From Changchengzhania lutea (GTDB lineage: Bacteria > Bacteroidota > Bacteroidia > Flavobacteriales > Flavobacteriaceae), in the NCBI RefSeq assembly GCF_006974145.1, contig NZ_CP039456.1, forward strand, positions 2,518,499-2,542,498: a stretch of DNA of 24,000 nt, in the 5' to 3' direction. Below are positions 8,794-16,871 of this stretch, one piece after another. The translations under genes and the position numbers were made by a program. The notes beneath the pieces are model-generated. The model was given only the letters and a program-made list of their open reading frames with translations. It had not been told where the DNA came from and made no database searches. The stretch's first letter is position 1, and every line of letters begins with the position of its first letter.

Positions 8794-9609
8794 TTGGAGC
8801 AAAGTTTTTCCATTAATGGCAAAGCCAAAAGCACCTTAAACAATTACCTCAGGTGTTTGGCTCACCTTGCTTTGCATTATAAGCAGAGTCCCGAAACACT
8901 CTCTGTAGAAAGCATTGAATCTTACCTTTATTACTGCCAAAAACTTCACAAAACGCCTTCTGAAAGTTTCTTTAAACACACCATTTTCGGTCTTAGAGCC
9001 GCCTATAAGGTTATGGGTATGGCGGGTAAACGTGTGGCGTTACCTCAAATTAAACGCGACTTAAAACTGCCGATAGTTTTGAGCCAAGATGAAGTGAAAC
9101 GTCTTTTAAAAGCGCCCAAGCATCTAAAACACCGTTTAATTATTGGCATGCTTTACGGCTGCGGACTTCGTAGCTACGAGTTGTGTGACTTAAAACTGTC
9201 AGACATCGATTTTGATCGGAAAACCGTATTTATTCCCAAGAAAAAAGGGAAGATTGATCGTTATGTACCTTTAAGCAAGTTCTTAATCAGAGGGCTGAAT
9301 ACGTACATCAAAACTGAAAATCCTCAAATCTATCTTTTTAACAGTCAGGTCACCAAACAAGGAAAGCCTCAAGGGCTTACCACCAATGGCATCCGCTGGG
9401 TAATTAAAGAAAGCCGTAGTAAAATAGGCAGTTCCAAAAAGATAACCGCCCACACCTTTGCCACACATTTGTTGGAATACGGTGTAAACCTAGTGAGTTT
9501 AAAAGAACTTTTGGGACATGCGCATATTGAAATGACTTTAACCTATCTGCATGTGGCCAATCTACCCAGTGGTTCGAAATTTTCTCCACTGGACAAACTC
9601 TACGATTAA
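8794..9609 (+). CDS. Tyrosine recombinase/integrase accompanying the IS91-family transposase (5' end apparently frameshifted)
   Basis: The catalytic region has R (GCGLRSYE), H-x-x-A (AHTFATHLL) and LLGHAHIEMTLTYLHV (Y). The reading frame stays open upstream to 8713, but the only ATG (8718) is out of frame across an A8 run (see findings). Confidence 0.8.
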   Translation: MEQSFSINGKAKSTLNNYLRCLAHLALHYKQSPETLSVESIESYLYYCQKLHKTPSESFFKHTIFGLRAAYKVMGMAGKRVALPQIKRDLKLPIVLSQDEVKRLLKAPKHLKHRLIIGMLYGCGLRSYELCDLKLSDIDFDRKTVFIPKKKGKIDRYVPLSKFLIRGLNTYIKTENPQIYLFNSQVTKQGKPQGLTTNGIRWVIKESRSKIGSSKKITAHTFATHLLEYGVNLVSLKELLGHAHIEMTLTYLHVANLPSGSKFSPLDKLYD

Positions 9610-10748
9610 TGCGTTCCCGACATACGGTCGCTGACATTTTAGAGATGGAACAGCTACAGCTCAGCAACTTGAGCTTGACCTCTTGGCATTACCGAGCTTT
9701 GCAGGCCATCAGGAGGTGCCGCACCAAAGCGATGGGCGGTCATATTGATAAATGCGATTGTTGCCACGCATTGCACATCAGTTACAACAGTTGCAGGAAC
9801 AGACATTGCCCAACCTGCCAAGGACATAAACGTGAAGAGTGGATTCGGGCACGAGAAGGCGAACTTTTAAATGTTCCTTATTTTCATTTGGTGTTTACCA
9901 TTCCAAGTGAGTTTAACAGTTATGCTTTGAGCCACGGAAAAATAGTGTACGGTAGTTTGTTTAGGGCAGCATGGCAGACTTTACAGCAATTTGGCAACAA
10001 TCCCAAACACTTGGGTGGAAGCATGGGGATGATTGCAGTGCTGCATACTTGGGGTCAGAATATGAGTTTGCACCCGCACTTGCACTGCATTGTGCCAGGG
10101 GGTGGTTTGAGTCAATCTGGAAGATGGAAAAAGGCAAAGAACAATGGTAACTACTTGTTCAATGTAAAATCCATGAGCCAAGTGTTTCGAGCAAAATATA
10201 TAGCAGAACTCAGAAAGAATGACTTAAAAATTCCTCAGAAAACATACAATGATCTGTTCGGTAAAAAATGGGTGGTTTATGCCAAACAACCTTTTAGAAG
10301 TCCAAAATATGTGATAGAATACTTGGGTAGATATACCCACAAAATAGCGATTAGCAACCATCGGATTAGGGATGTGGATTGTAAAAATAAGAAGGTCACT
10401 TTTACTGCCAAGGATTACCGTCGTGCTGGTAAGAAAACCAATTTAACAGTATCAAGTGCGGAGTTTATTAGGCGCTTTGCCATGCATATTTTACCCAAAG
10501 GATTTACCCGCATACGGCATTATGGCATTTTAAGCAGCCCTTGGAAAAAGGAGAAACTACCAAAACTACAAGCTGAACTGGCTACAGTAAAAATAGAATG
10601 TATTAAAACAGACAACCCCGTTTTGCACCGCCAATGTCCTGTTTGTAAAAAGGGAAGACTACATACCATTTTATTGTTTAATGAACGTGGACCACCCGAA
10701 AATTGGCGCGTTTTACTAAAAGACAAAAAATTGAATATGAGTAACTAA
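9609..10748 (+). CDS. IS91-family HUH (Y2) rolling-circle transposase
   Basis: 379 aa. It has an N-terminal Cys-rich zinc-binding region (CDCCH ... CRNRHCPTCQ), an HUH motif in LHPHLHCIVPGGG and a Y2 region YLGRYTHKIAISN. Its start overlaps the recombinase stop. Confidence 0.9.
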   Translation: MRSRHTVADILEMEQLQLSNLSLTSWHYRALQAIRRCRTKAMGGHIDKCDCCHALHISYNSCRNRHCPTCQGHKREEWIRAREGELLNVPYFHLVFTIPSEFNSYALSHGKIVYGSLFRAAWQTLQQFGNNPKHLGGSMGMIAVLHTWGQNMSLHPHLHCIVPGGGLSQSGRWKKAKNNGNYLFNVKSMSQVFRAKYIAELRKNDLKIPQKTYNDLFGKKWVVYAKQPFRSPKYVIEYLGRYTHKIAISNHRIRDVDCKNKKVTFTAKDYRRAGKKTNLTVSSAEFIRRFAMHILPKGFTRIRHYGILSSPWKKEKLPKLQAELATVKIECIKTDNPVLHRQCPVCKKGRLHTILLFNERGPPENWRVLLKDKKLNMSN

Positions 10749-10974
10749 AAATCATTCTGCAAAAGCGGCCTGGCTTTGCTATGCCTTAACTTTAGAATGA
10801 ATTGATAAAAAACAGAAATTTTAAGTTAAAAACTACTAAAAACCCACCAAGAATGTAAAAAAAAGTGATCTCTATACGCTTTGATCGCATCAATCGCATC
10901 GCAATCTCCAATCAACCTTCTATAAACGCATCGTTTTACCCATAGCACGGCAAATCAACCGGATTCGTCAACAC

Positions 10975-11026
10975 AGAATTCAGCTCTGGCCTATCGGCGA
11001 GCCGAATTCTTAGTTATTGGCAACAG
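10975..11026. repeat. PE-like element (PE5): 12-bp-stem hairpin plus TTGGCAACAG terminus abutting a stop codon
   Basis: AGAATTCAGCTC (10975-10986) pairs with GAGCCGAATTCT (10999-11010) with one A:C mismatch. TTGGCAACAG at 11017-11026 lies directly next to the stop codon (11027-11029) of the 290-aa ORF. Confidence 0.4.
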
Positions 11027-11899
11027 TTATTTTTTTCGACTCCAATAGTTTGTTGAAACTGGCAAAACTTCATTGTTAGGCCCTTTCATAAACATAAATG
11101 GGATTTCGTTCTTTTTATTTTTCTCCATATATTCTTTCAATCCGAACTGAATGTCAATGATTGATTCTGTTGTTTTGTTTAAAAGCCAGAATAAAATAAA
11201 AGAGATTGATAAATCATTATCCTTTCCAAGTTCTCTTAATTCACTAAAATTTTTATTGAATGTCGAAGAAACTATAATTTTCGTTTCAACTTTTCCTTTC
11301 ATTAATTCTATTAAGAGTGATGATTTTCCGTTATCATTTCCGATGTGAATTAAATAAGACCTATGGTCATAAAGTCTTCCAATAAATGTTCTATCTAAAT
11401 TGTCAATTAGTTCACTAAAGTTAGTTTGAGATAATTCATTCTTTTGGTCTCGAACAGATTTAGCGAATTGAGTCCATTTAATTTTCTTCTGATTTTTAAT
11501 ACACAAGAAACCTACTAAATTACTTACGTAGTCAAATGCAGAAACAATATGAAATATTACACTATCAAATAAAGATGAAATATCCGATTTTCTATTCTCA
11601 AAATAGATTTGCATACTAATTTGCCCATTTTCTTTAGAATAAATATCGGTTAATTCTTGGTCGAGTGAATTTAGAAGGTTCACAAGAATATTTATATGCA
11701 GTCTGGTTGCTCTTAAACGATAAAGTATGTTATCTCTAAATTCATAGATTTTTTTGTCATTAAAACTAGAATCTAAATAATGCTTATAATCCATTCCAAT
11801 CGCAATCATATTGTTATCTATTGCTTGGAAATCTTTCAGAACGTTTTTCATTTCCAATTTTAAATCAACAATATTTTTATAAGGTCTATTTTCTCGCAA
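11027..11899 (-). CDS. Hypothetical protein, predicted largely helical; contains an R-x4-H (HEPN-like) motif
   Basis: This is a 290-aa ORF with no family I can name. The motif GRLYDHRSYLIHIG is encoded at about 11345-11380. Confidence 0.6.
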   Translation of the reverse strand: MRENRPYKNIVDLKLEMKNVLKDFQAIDNNMIAIGMDYKHYLDSSFNDKKIYEFRDNILYRLRATRLHINILVNLLNSLDQELTDIYSKENGQISMQIYFENRKSDISSLFDSVIFHIVSAFDYVSNLVGFLCIKNQKKIKWTQFAKSVRDQKNELSQTNFSELIDNLDRTFIGRLYDHRSYLIHIGNDNGKSSLLIELMKGKVETKIIVSSTFNKNFSELRELGKDNDLSISFILFWLLNKTTESIIDIQFGLKEYMEKNKKNEIPFMFMKGPNNEVLPVSTNYWSRKK

Positions 11900-11960
11900 T
11901 TATTCGGTTTTTTCTAATTCTGACTAACGTTCTTGTTTTTTTTCCTTGTTTTTTAGACTT

Positions 11961-12182
11961 CTAAAAAGTCAAAACATTCGTCCACTTTAAGAGAAAAAAT
12001 ATTAGAGTTGTAACTCCGATACTGACGAAAATTGCTCCTTGCCAATAAAATAATCTCGTTCCCCAATTTTTCCATGTCCCTTTGCTAAAAACTTCATTTT
12101 TGAAATAATTCTTAGAAATTCTCCAATAAAGAAATATGATTATTAAAAATAGTACTATTGCAATAATCCAAATATTTTCCAT
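11961..12182 (-). CDS. Small hydrophobic protein (two predicted TM helices)
   Basis: The 73 aa contain two hydrophobic stretches, IWIIAIVLFLIIIFLYW and GAIFVSIGVTTLIFFLL. Coding status is uncertain. Confidence 0.45.
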   Translation of the reverse strand: MENIWIIAIVLFLIIIFLYWRISKNYFKNEVFSKGTWKNWGTRLFYWQGAIFVSIGVTTLIFFLLKWTNVLTF

Positions 12183-12207
12183 TTTTTAGTTAAGATGTTT
12201 TTAATTG

Positions 12208-12279
12208 TTGCCAACGTTAGTATAACTAGTCATAGCACCCTACGGGATGCTACGATAGTTATACTAACGTTGTGGGCAA
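12208..12279. repeat. 72-bp attC-like hairpin (PE7): TTGCCAACGTTAGTATAACTA ... TAGTTATACTAACGTTGTGGGCAA
   Basis: A perfect 16-bp outer stem (12213-12228 with 12256-12271) encloses an inner stem carrying two single-nt bulges and one A:C mismatch, then the loop CCC-TAC-GGG. Both termini contain AACGTT. Confidence 0.7.
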
Positions 12280-12646
12280 GTTCTTTAAAGAGAAAACCCG
12301 GCTCGTTTTTAGCATTTTGGAATTCAATTTCCGCCAAGCCCGGGCGTAAAAACCCAATTTTTTTGGCGCACAAAAACGAAAATTCCAGCTAACGTTCCTG
12401 CCTGTTTGTTAATGTCGTTCCCTGGCGGATGAGCAAGGTTGCGGATATTTTTTTGGCCGTTTCCCTTTTTCGGGGTTCGGTAACTGAATTTCCGTTTTTT
12501 ACCAGTGGCCTTTTTCCATCTGCCAACTGCCGAAACTCCAATCTGGGCGCTTTATTTTTTTGGCCGTTGTTTATCTGCAATATAAAAAATCGGGTTTTTG
12601 GACAATGGCCACTGGTTTTTTGCCAACTATTTGCGTAATGGGTCAA
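12280..12646. other. ORF-free hub between oppositely oriented gene blocks; T-tract/GGC repeats and degenerate PE fragments
   Basis: There is no credible ORF. ATTTTTTTGGCCGTT occurs at about 12447 and 12554, and AATTTTTTTGGCGCAC at about 12356. A short inverted pair CCAGCTAACG/CGTTCCCTGG is present. The region is bounded by the inverted copies TGTGGGCAAGTT (12271-12282) and AACCTGCCCACA (12647-12658). Confidence 0.4.
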
Positions 12647-12658
12647 AACCTGCCCACA

Positions 12659-14525
12659 GTCGAGTAAGCCAGGGGATTTTCACCCCTAACTTCTCACAGA
12701 ACCGTACGTGAACCTCTCAATTCATACGGCTCTTATTATGTAGTCAATAGTTAGGTTAACTGATAACCCAACGCCCAATGATAAAACATATTTGGATAAT
12801 CTTTAGTAATACGTCTTAACCATTTTACGGCTAAAACCCGACTTCTTTTGAAGCGTTTATACTTGTTCAAAATCCATTTAATAATGCGATGATGGAGATA
12901 GTAAAAAACAGGTTTAAGAGCGTTACGCTTTATTTTCCCATAATAATTTATCCAACCCCTAATTTTAGGGTTTAGCATAAATGCTAGGTCTTGTAAATTA
13001 GATTGAGTTTTGTTATGAATGTTCAATTCCCTTAAATCTTTTAGAATTCGCTTCTTAGATTTTCGGCTCATCTTACAATCATATTGTAAAAAGAATCCTC
13101 CCTTTCTTAGTTTAATCATAATAGGACGGAAACTAAAACCTAGAAAATCAAACTGCACTGGTAATCCTTTTAGATTTCTTCCCTGTTTCTTGCAGTACAC
13201 TATTTTCGTCTTTTGCGGATGAACACGGAGCCCACATTGCTTAAAACGTTCGGTTACTTTATCAAGCAAATACTTTGCTTCCCGTTGTGTGCTGCAATGA
13301 ATAATCATATCATCAGCATAACGAACCATTTGTATTTCAGGAAAATGACTTGCAAGCCATTTATCTATACAATAATGTAAAAACAAATTGGATAGCAATG
13401 GACTAATTACTCCTCCCTGCGGAGTTCCTTTTCCTTTTGAGTGTATTAATGTACCATCTTCAAGTTGGATAGGTGCTTCTAACCATCTCTTAATATACAT
13501 TTGCACCCATGTTTCAGGAACATGAACTTGTAGCGCTTTAAAGAGTAATTCGTGGTTGACATTCTCAAAAAATTCTTGAATATCTAAATCTATTACCCAA
13601 CTGTATTTTCGTGCGTTTTTCTGCACTTCTTTTACAGCTTGGTGCGCACTCTTGTTTGGTCTATAACCATAAGAGTTGTCCATAAATTCAGCATCCAAGC
13701 GCGGTTCGATATACGTTTTGATAACCTGCTGTGCGATTCGGTCGCCAACCGTTGGGATTCCTAATGGACGTGTTTTACCGCCGTCTTTTGGAATATCTAC
13801 ACGTTTAACATTTGATGAAAAGTAACTCCCAGAAGATAACCGATTCCAGATTTTATACAATTCTTTAGAACGAACTTTTTCAAATTCCTCCAAGGTCCGT
13901 AAATCCACTCCAGCACTTCCTTTGTTCCTTTTTACCAGTTTATACGCATCCCATACCATCATCTTTGTAATGGGTACTGACTTTGTTTGTTCCTTAAAAA
14001 TCATCCTTACTTTTTAAGTTGTTTTTAATTCTAAACTACATAATTGAATCCCTTTGCTCCACTTCCATTACAGAGGCTTCAACACTAATACGGATTCATC
14101 CGCCACCTAAACAAATATTGGTAATCGCCTTACAGGTACTTCCTGCTTGGTTTTTCCCTTTCATACTTTGTTTAGGTTTCCTGTGTTCCAAAATAAAGCC
14201 TAAATAAAAGTCATGCCTCCTTTATGACGGTTGCCGTATAGCCAGTAATTAGGTTGCCGCTATACTTATCCCTAAAACCTCGATAGTCCTTAGGTTTTGA
14301 CAACAACTTGCCTTTTCGTCACTTCATCGGATGGTTCGCTTTCGCTCATCTCTCTTATTCACACCTGACTGTTTTAAACAGCCTTTTCTTCTATCGCTTC
14401 ATGCACCGTTGTTACCGCTGGCACATCATAAAAGTGGTTTGATTAGTGCTCCTAAAAGCCCTAATCGGAAGGTCTACTTCCATCTTAATTTTAGTTACGG
14501 TGTCAATAGACACCTCACAGCACAC
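12659..14525 (-). mobile_element. Group II intron I1 (distinct lineage from I2-I4)
   Basis: On the minus strand the 5' end reads GTGTGCTGTGAGG (14525 downward). Canonical domain V GAGCCGTATGAATTGAGAGGTTCACGTACGGTTC is at about 12697-12730. Domain VI has a bulged A 7 nt from the 3' end ...CTTACTCGAC (12659). The RT ORF lies in domain IV. Confidence 0.85.
12751..14004 (-). CDS. Group II intron reverse transcriptase/maturase (no endonuclease domain)
   Basis: 417 aa. The RT motifs are RPLGIPTVGDRIAQ, GTPQGGVISPLLSN and YADDMIIH, followed by a C-terminal maturase (X) region RGWINYY. Confidence 0.95.
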   Translation of the reverse strand: MIFKEQTKSVPITKMMVWDAYKLVKRNKGSAGVDLRTLEEFEKVRSKELYKIWNRLSSGSYFSSNVKRVDIPKDGGKTRPLGIPTVGDRIAQQVIKTYIEPRLDAEFMDNSYGYRPNKSAHQAVKEVQKNARKYSWVIDLDIQEFFENVNHELLFKALQVHVPETWVQMYIKRWLEAPIQLEDGTLIHSKGKGTPQGGVISPLLSNLFLHYCIDKWLASHFPEIQMVRYADDMIIHCSTQREAKYLLDKVTERFKQCGLRVHPQKTKIVYCKKQGRNLKGLPVQFDFLGFSFRPIMIKLRKGGFFLQYDCKMSRKSKKRILKDLRELNIHNKTQSNLQDLAFMLNPKIRGWINYYGKIKRNALKPVFYYLHHRIIKWILNKYKRFKRSRVLAVKWLRRITKDYPNMFYHWALGYQLT

Positions 14526-14530
14526 ATCGA

Positions 14531-16371
14531 GTAGACGGCTCTCCTGACTAAAGGAGAGTGCGCCTCTCACACCACCGTACGTACGGGTCTCGTATACGGC
14601 GGTTCGATAATGAAACTTATCGTTTGTAGTATTCAATTAAACTAACATAACCTTTCCTCTTTAAACGTTTTATGGTAATGGTAGTCCGTAGTATAGGACT
14701 TTGAGCGACTGCCCATCCTCCCATTCTTGTACGACTCCACGCATAGGCATGGTCTTGGTCAATTCCTAGACGAATCAGGTTTTTCCGTTTTCGTTCTGGT
14801 TTCTTCCAATGATGCCATATGCAATACCGTAATCGGTTTCTTAACCACTCTTCCAGCTTTTTAAGTTTCGCTTGAATGGATGCCGGTCTAAAGTAATTTA
14901 TCCAACCACGTATTAGCAGATTGATACGGTCGATACGTTCTTCAAAACTTGCGGGTATCGTCTTTTTGGTAAGGTATTTAAGCTTTGCTTTGAATTCCTT
15001 CCATTTGGACGGTTTTACCACCAGTTGATATTTACCTTTTTCTCCTTTCTTGTAGGTCGGTACAAAACCAAACCCTAATACTTGGAAACTTAAAGGCTTA
15101 CGTATACCACTTTTCTCCCTGTTTATTGGCAGTTGAAGTTTGTCTTTCAGGAACTTGTAGATACTGTTACCTACTCGTTTTGCAGACATTTTACTCTTAA
15201 CATAAATACTGAAGTCATCAGCGTATCTTACATAGCGATGTCCTCGTTGCTCTAATTCTTTATCCAACTCATTGAGCAGGATATTAGAGAGCAATGGACT
15301 TAAAGGCGAACCTTGTGGAACACCTTTTTTCCGTTTGTGTAATTTACCATTGATTAGTATCGGGGCTTTAAGAAAACAGCGCAGTAGCTTCATCGTCGGT
15401 TTACATTTTACCTTTTTGTAAATCAATTCTAAAAGAATATAGTGTTCTACTTCATCAAAGAAACTCTTTAAATCTATATCTACTATATCCTTAGAGCCTG
15501 AATTGATATTTTCTAGGCTCTGTGCAATTGCCTGATGGGCGTTGCGCTGTGGTCTGAATCCATAACTATGCTGTTGAAAGTCTGGCTCGAATATAGGTTG
15601 CAAAACTTGATGTAATGCTTGTTGAAACACCCTGTCAACAACCGTGGGAATACCGAGTAATCGTTTCTTCCCGTTGCTTTTTGGTATTTCAACGCCCAAT
15701 ATTGGAGACACCTGATACATCTCTCTTTCTATTTGCCAGATATATCGGTTACCTTGGGTTTGCAATATAGATTTGAGTTCAGTGATATGAACTCTGTCTA
15801 TGCCTGCTGAACCCTTGTTACGATATACCCGCTCATAGGCATAGTTTAGATTCTTTTTACTTGTTAATTGTTTAATCATTAATACTAAATTGATTTGCTG
15901 TCTCGCTTAATCAAAGGCTATTATTTTACTGGAAAGCTATCCGTAACGTAAAACAACTCCTGAGTTTATTAAAGACCATTATCGTTCTGTCCTTCACCAA
16001 CCTATCAGGCGGTCGGTTACTATGACTTCTGCTGACTTCTCTACTTTACCAACTCGTGGTTATAGAGACCTCCCCAGGTAATGGCATCTTCTTTCACTCA
16101 ATCGCTGCCGTATCTACATAAATACACTTTTGGTAATCTTTTGGGCGTTACAATGATGTGCTTGCTTACCCGTGCATAAATGCCTCGTATACGGTTTCTG
16201 TTCGTCAGTACCGAGCTTTGTAGTCCTGCTTCCTTTAGTCCTAGTTTCGCAACTAGCAACCTTGCAGCTTACTAATGGTTCAAGGCCGTACCCCTGCCCA
16301 TAAGGGACTTGCACCCTCTAGATTAATTATTTACCTTTCGGTAAATTTAAAGATGCCCATGCTGGGCACAC
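14531..16371 (-). mobile_element. Group II intron I2 (class C-like; related to I3/I4)
   Basis: The 5' end is GTGTGCCCAGCATGGGCATC (16371 downward). Domain V is CCGCCGTATACGAGACCCGTACGTACGGTGG. The terminal hairpin CTCTCC...GGAGAG covaries with that of I3/I4. The 3' end is ...CCGTCTAC (14531). Boundaries are +/-2 nt. Confidence 0.85.
14617..15879 (-). CDS. Group II intron reverse transcriptase/maturase (no endonuclease domain)
   Basis: 420 aa with the motifs RLLGIPTVVDRVFQ, GVPQGSPLSPLLSN, YADDFSIY and RGWINYF. Confidence 0.95.
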   Translation of the reverse strand: MIKQLTSKKNLNYAYERVYRNKGSAGIDRVHITELKSILQTQGNRYIWQIEREMYQVSPILGVEIPKSNGKKRLLGIPTVVDRVFQQALHQVLQPIFEPDFQQHSYGFRPQRNAHQAIAQSLENINSGSKDIVDIDLKSFFDEVEHYILLELIYKKVKCKPTMKLLRCFLKAPILINGKLHKRKKGVPQGSPLSPLLSNILLNELDKELEQRGHRYVRYADDFSIYVKSKMSAKRVGNSIYKFLKDKLQLPINREKSGIRKPLSFQVLGFGFVPTYKKGEKGKYQLVVKPSKWKEFKAKLKYLTKKTIPASFEERIDRINLLIRGWINYFRPASIQAKLKKLEEWLRNRLRYCIWHHWKKPERKRKNLIRLGIDQDHAYAWSRTRMGGWAVAQSPILRTTITIKRLKRKGYVSLIEYYKR

Positions 16372-16568
16372 ACAATGGCTATAGTTAATACGGGTTTTGG
16401 CGCTTAACCCAAAGTTTGGTGTATTTTTATAAAGTCCGCCAAATCTTTTGATTTGGCTTTAGAACAAAAAAGATAAAACAAAATAAAAAGTTTTGGCTAA
16501 TTGCTTAATCGGAAATTAATTACTTTTAATTCCCGTACTAACCATAGCCGAGACGTTGCCAGTAATGC
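16372..16568. repeat. Palindromic element PE8 (about 190-bp type)
   Basis: The 18-nt arms GGCTATAGTTAATACGGG (16377-16394) and CCCGTACTAACCATAGCC (16532-16549) give 16 Watson-Crick pairs plus 2 A:C. The central hairpin GCCAAATC-TTTT-GATTTGGC is at 16438-16457. The right terminus is ACGTTGCCAGTAATGC. Its left terminus is interrupted by introns I2 and I1. Confidence 0.7.
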
Positions 16569-16632
16569 AAAAAAACCGTTTTCAATCAAATAATTAAGTT
16601 AAAAATTGTATTTTTGATTAAATACTCGAATT

Positions 16633-16869
16633 ATGGATTTACAAACTAGAAAACTCAATTTAATAACCTATTTGGCTCAAATTAAGGACGAAATATTTTT
16701 TGATAAACTAGAAAATTATATCCTAAAGAAAGAAGTTGAACATAATCCAGGCTTAAAACCATTTACTGTTGAGGAGTTAATCAATAGAATTGAGAAGTCT
16801 GAATTGGATTTAAAAAACGGAAACTTTAAAAGTCAAGAAGATTTAGAGAAAATATCTGCAAATTGGTAG
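16633..16869 (+). CDS. Putative antitoxin partner of the ParE/RelE-family toxin
   Basis: This 78-aa acidic protein lies immediately upstream of the toxin gene, with its stop 2 nt before the toxin ATG. The assignment is by position; I cannot name the family. Confidence 0.6.
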   Translation: MDLQTRKLNLITYLAQIKDEIFFDKLENYILKKEVEHNPGLKPFTVEELINRIEKSELDLKNGNFKSQEDLEKISANW

Positions 16870-16871
16870 GA

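Larger units (their letters stand above)
8602..10974 (+). mobile_element. Two-gene tyrosine-recombinase + IS91-family unit, tentative boundaries
   Basis: GGTGTTGAACGAATCC (8602-8617) and GGATTCGTCAACAC (10961-10974) form a ~15-bp inverted pair with one indel that brackets both genes. The boundaries are uncertain because the left repeat overlaps the PE4 right terminus. Confidence 0.45.

Noticed and set aside
12389-12646. An 85-aa ORF on the minus strand and an overlapping 69-aa ORF on the plus strand (12429-12638) lie in the hub.
   Set aside because: They consist of low-complexity, highly basic or Phe/Leu-rich translations of T-tract/GGC repeats, lack a convincing start context, and overlap each other on opposite strands. 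I treat the region as non-coding.
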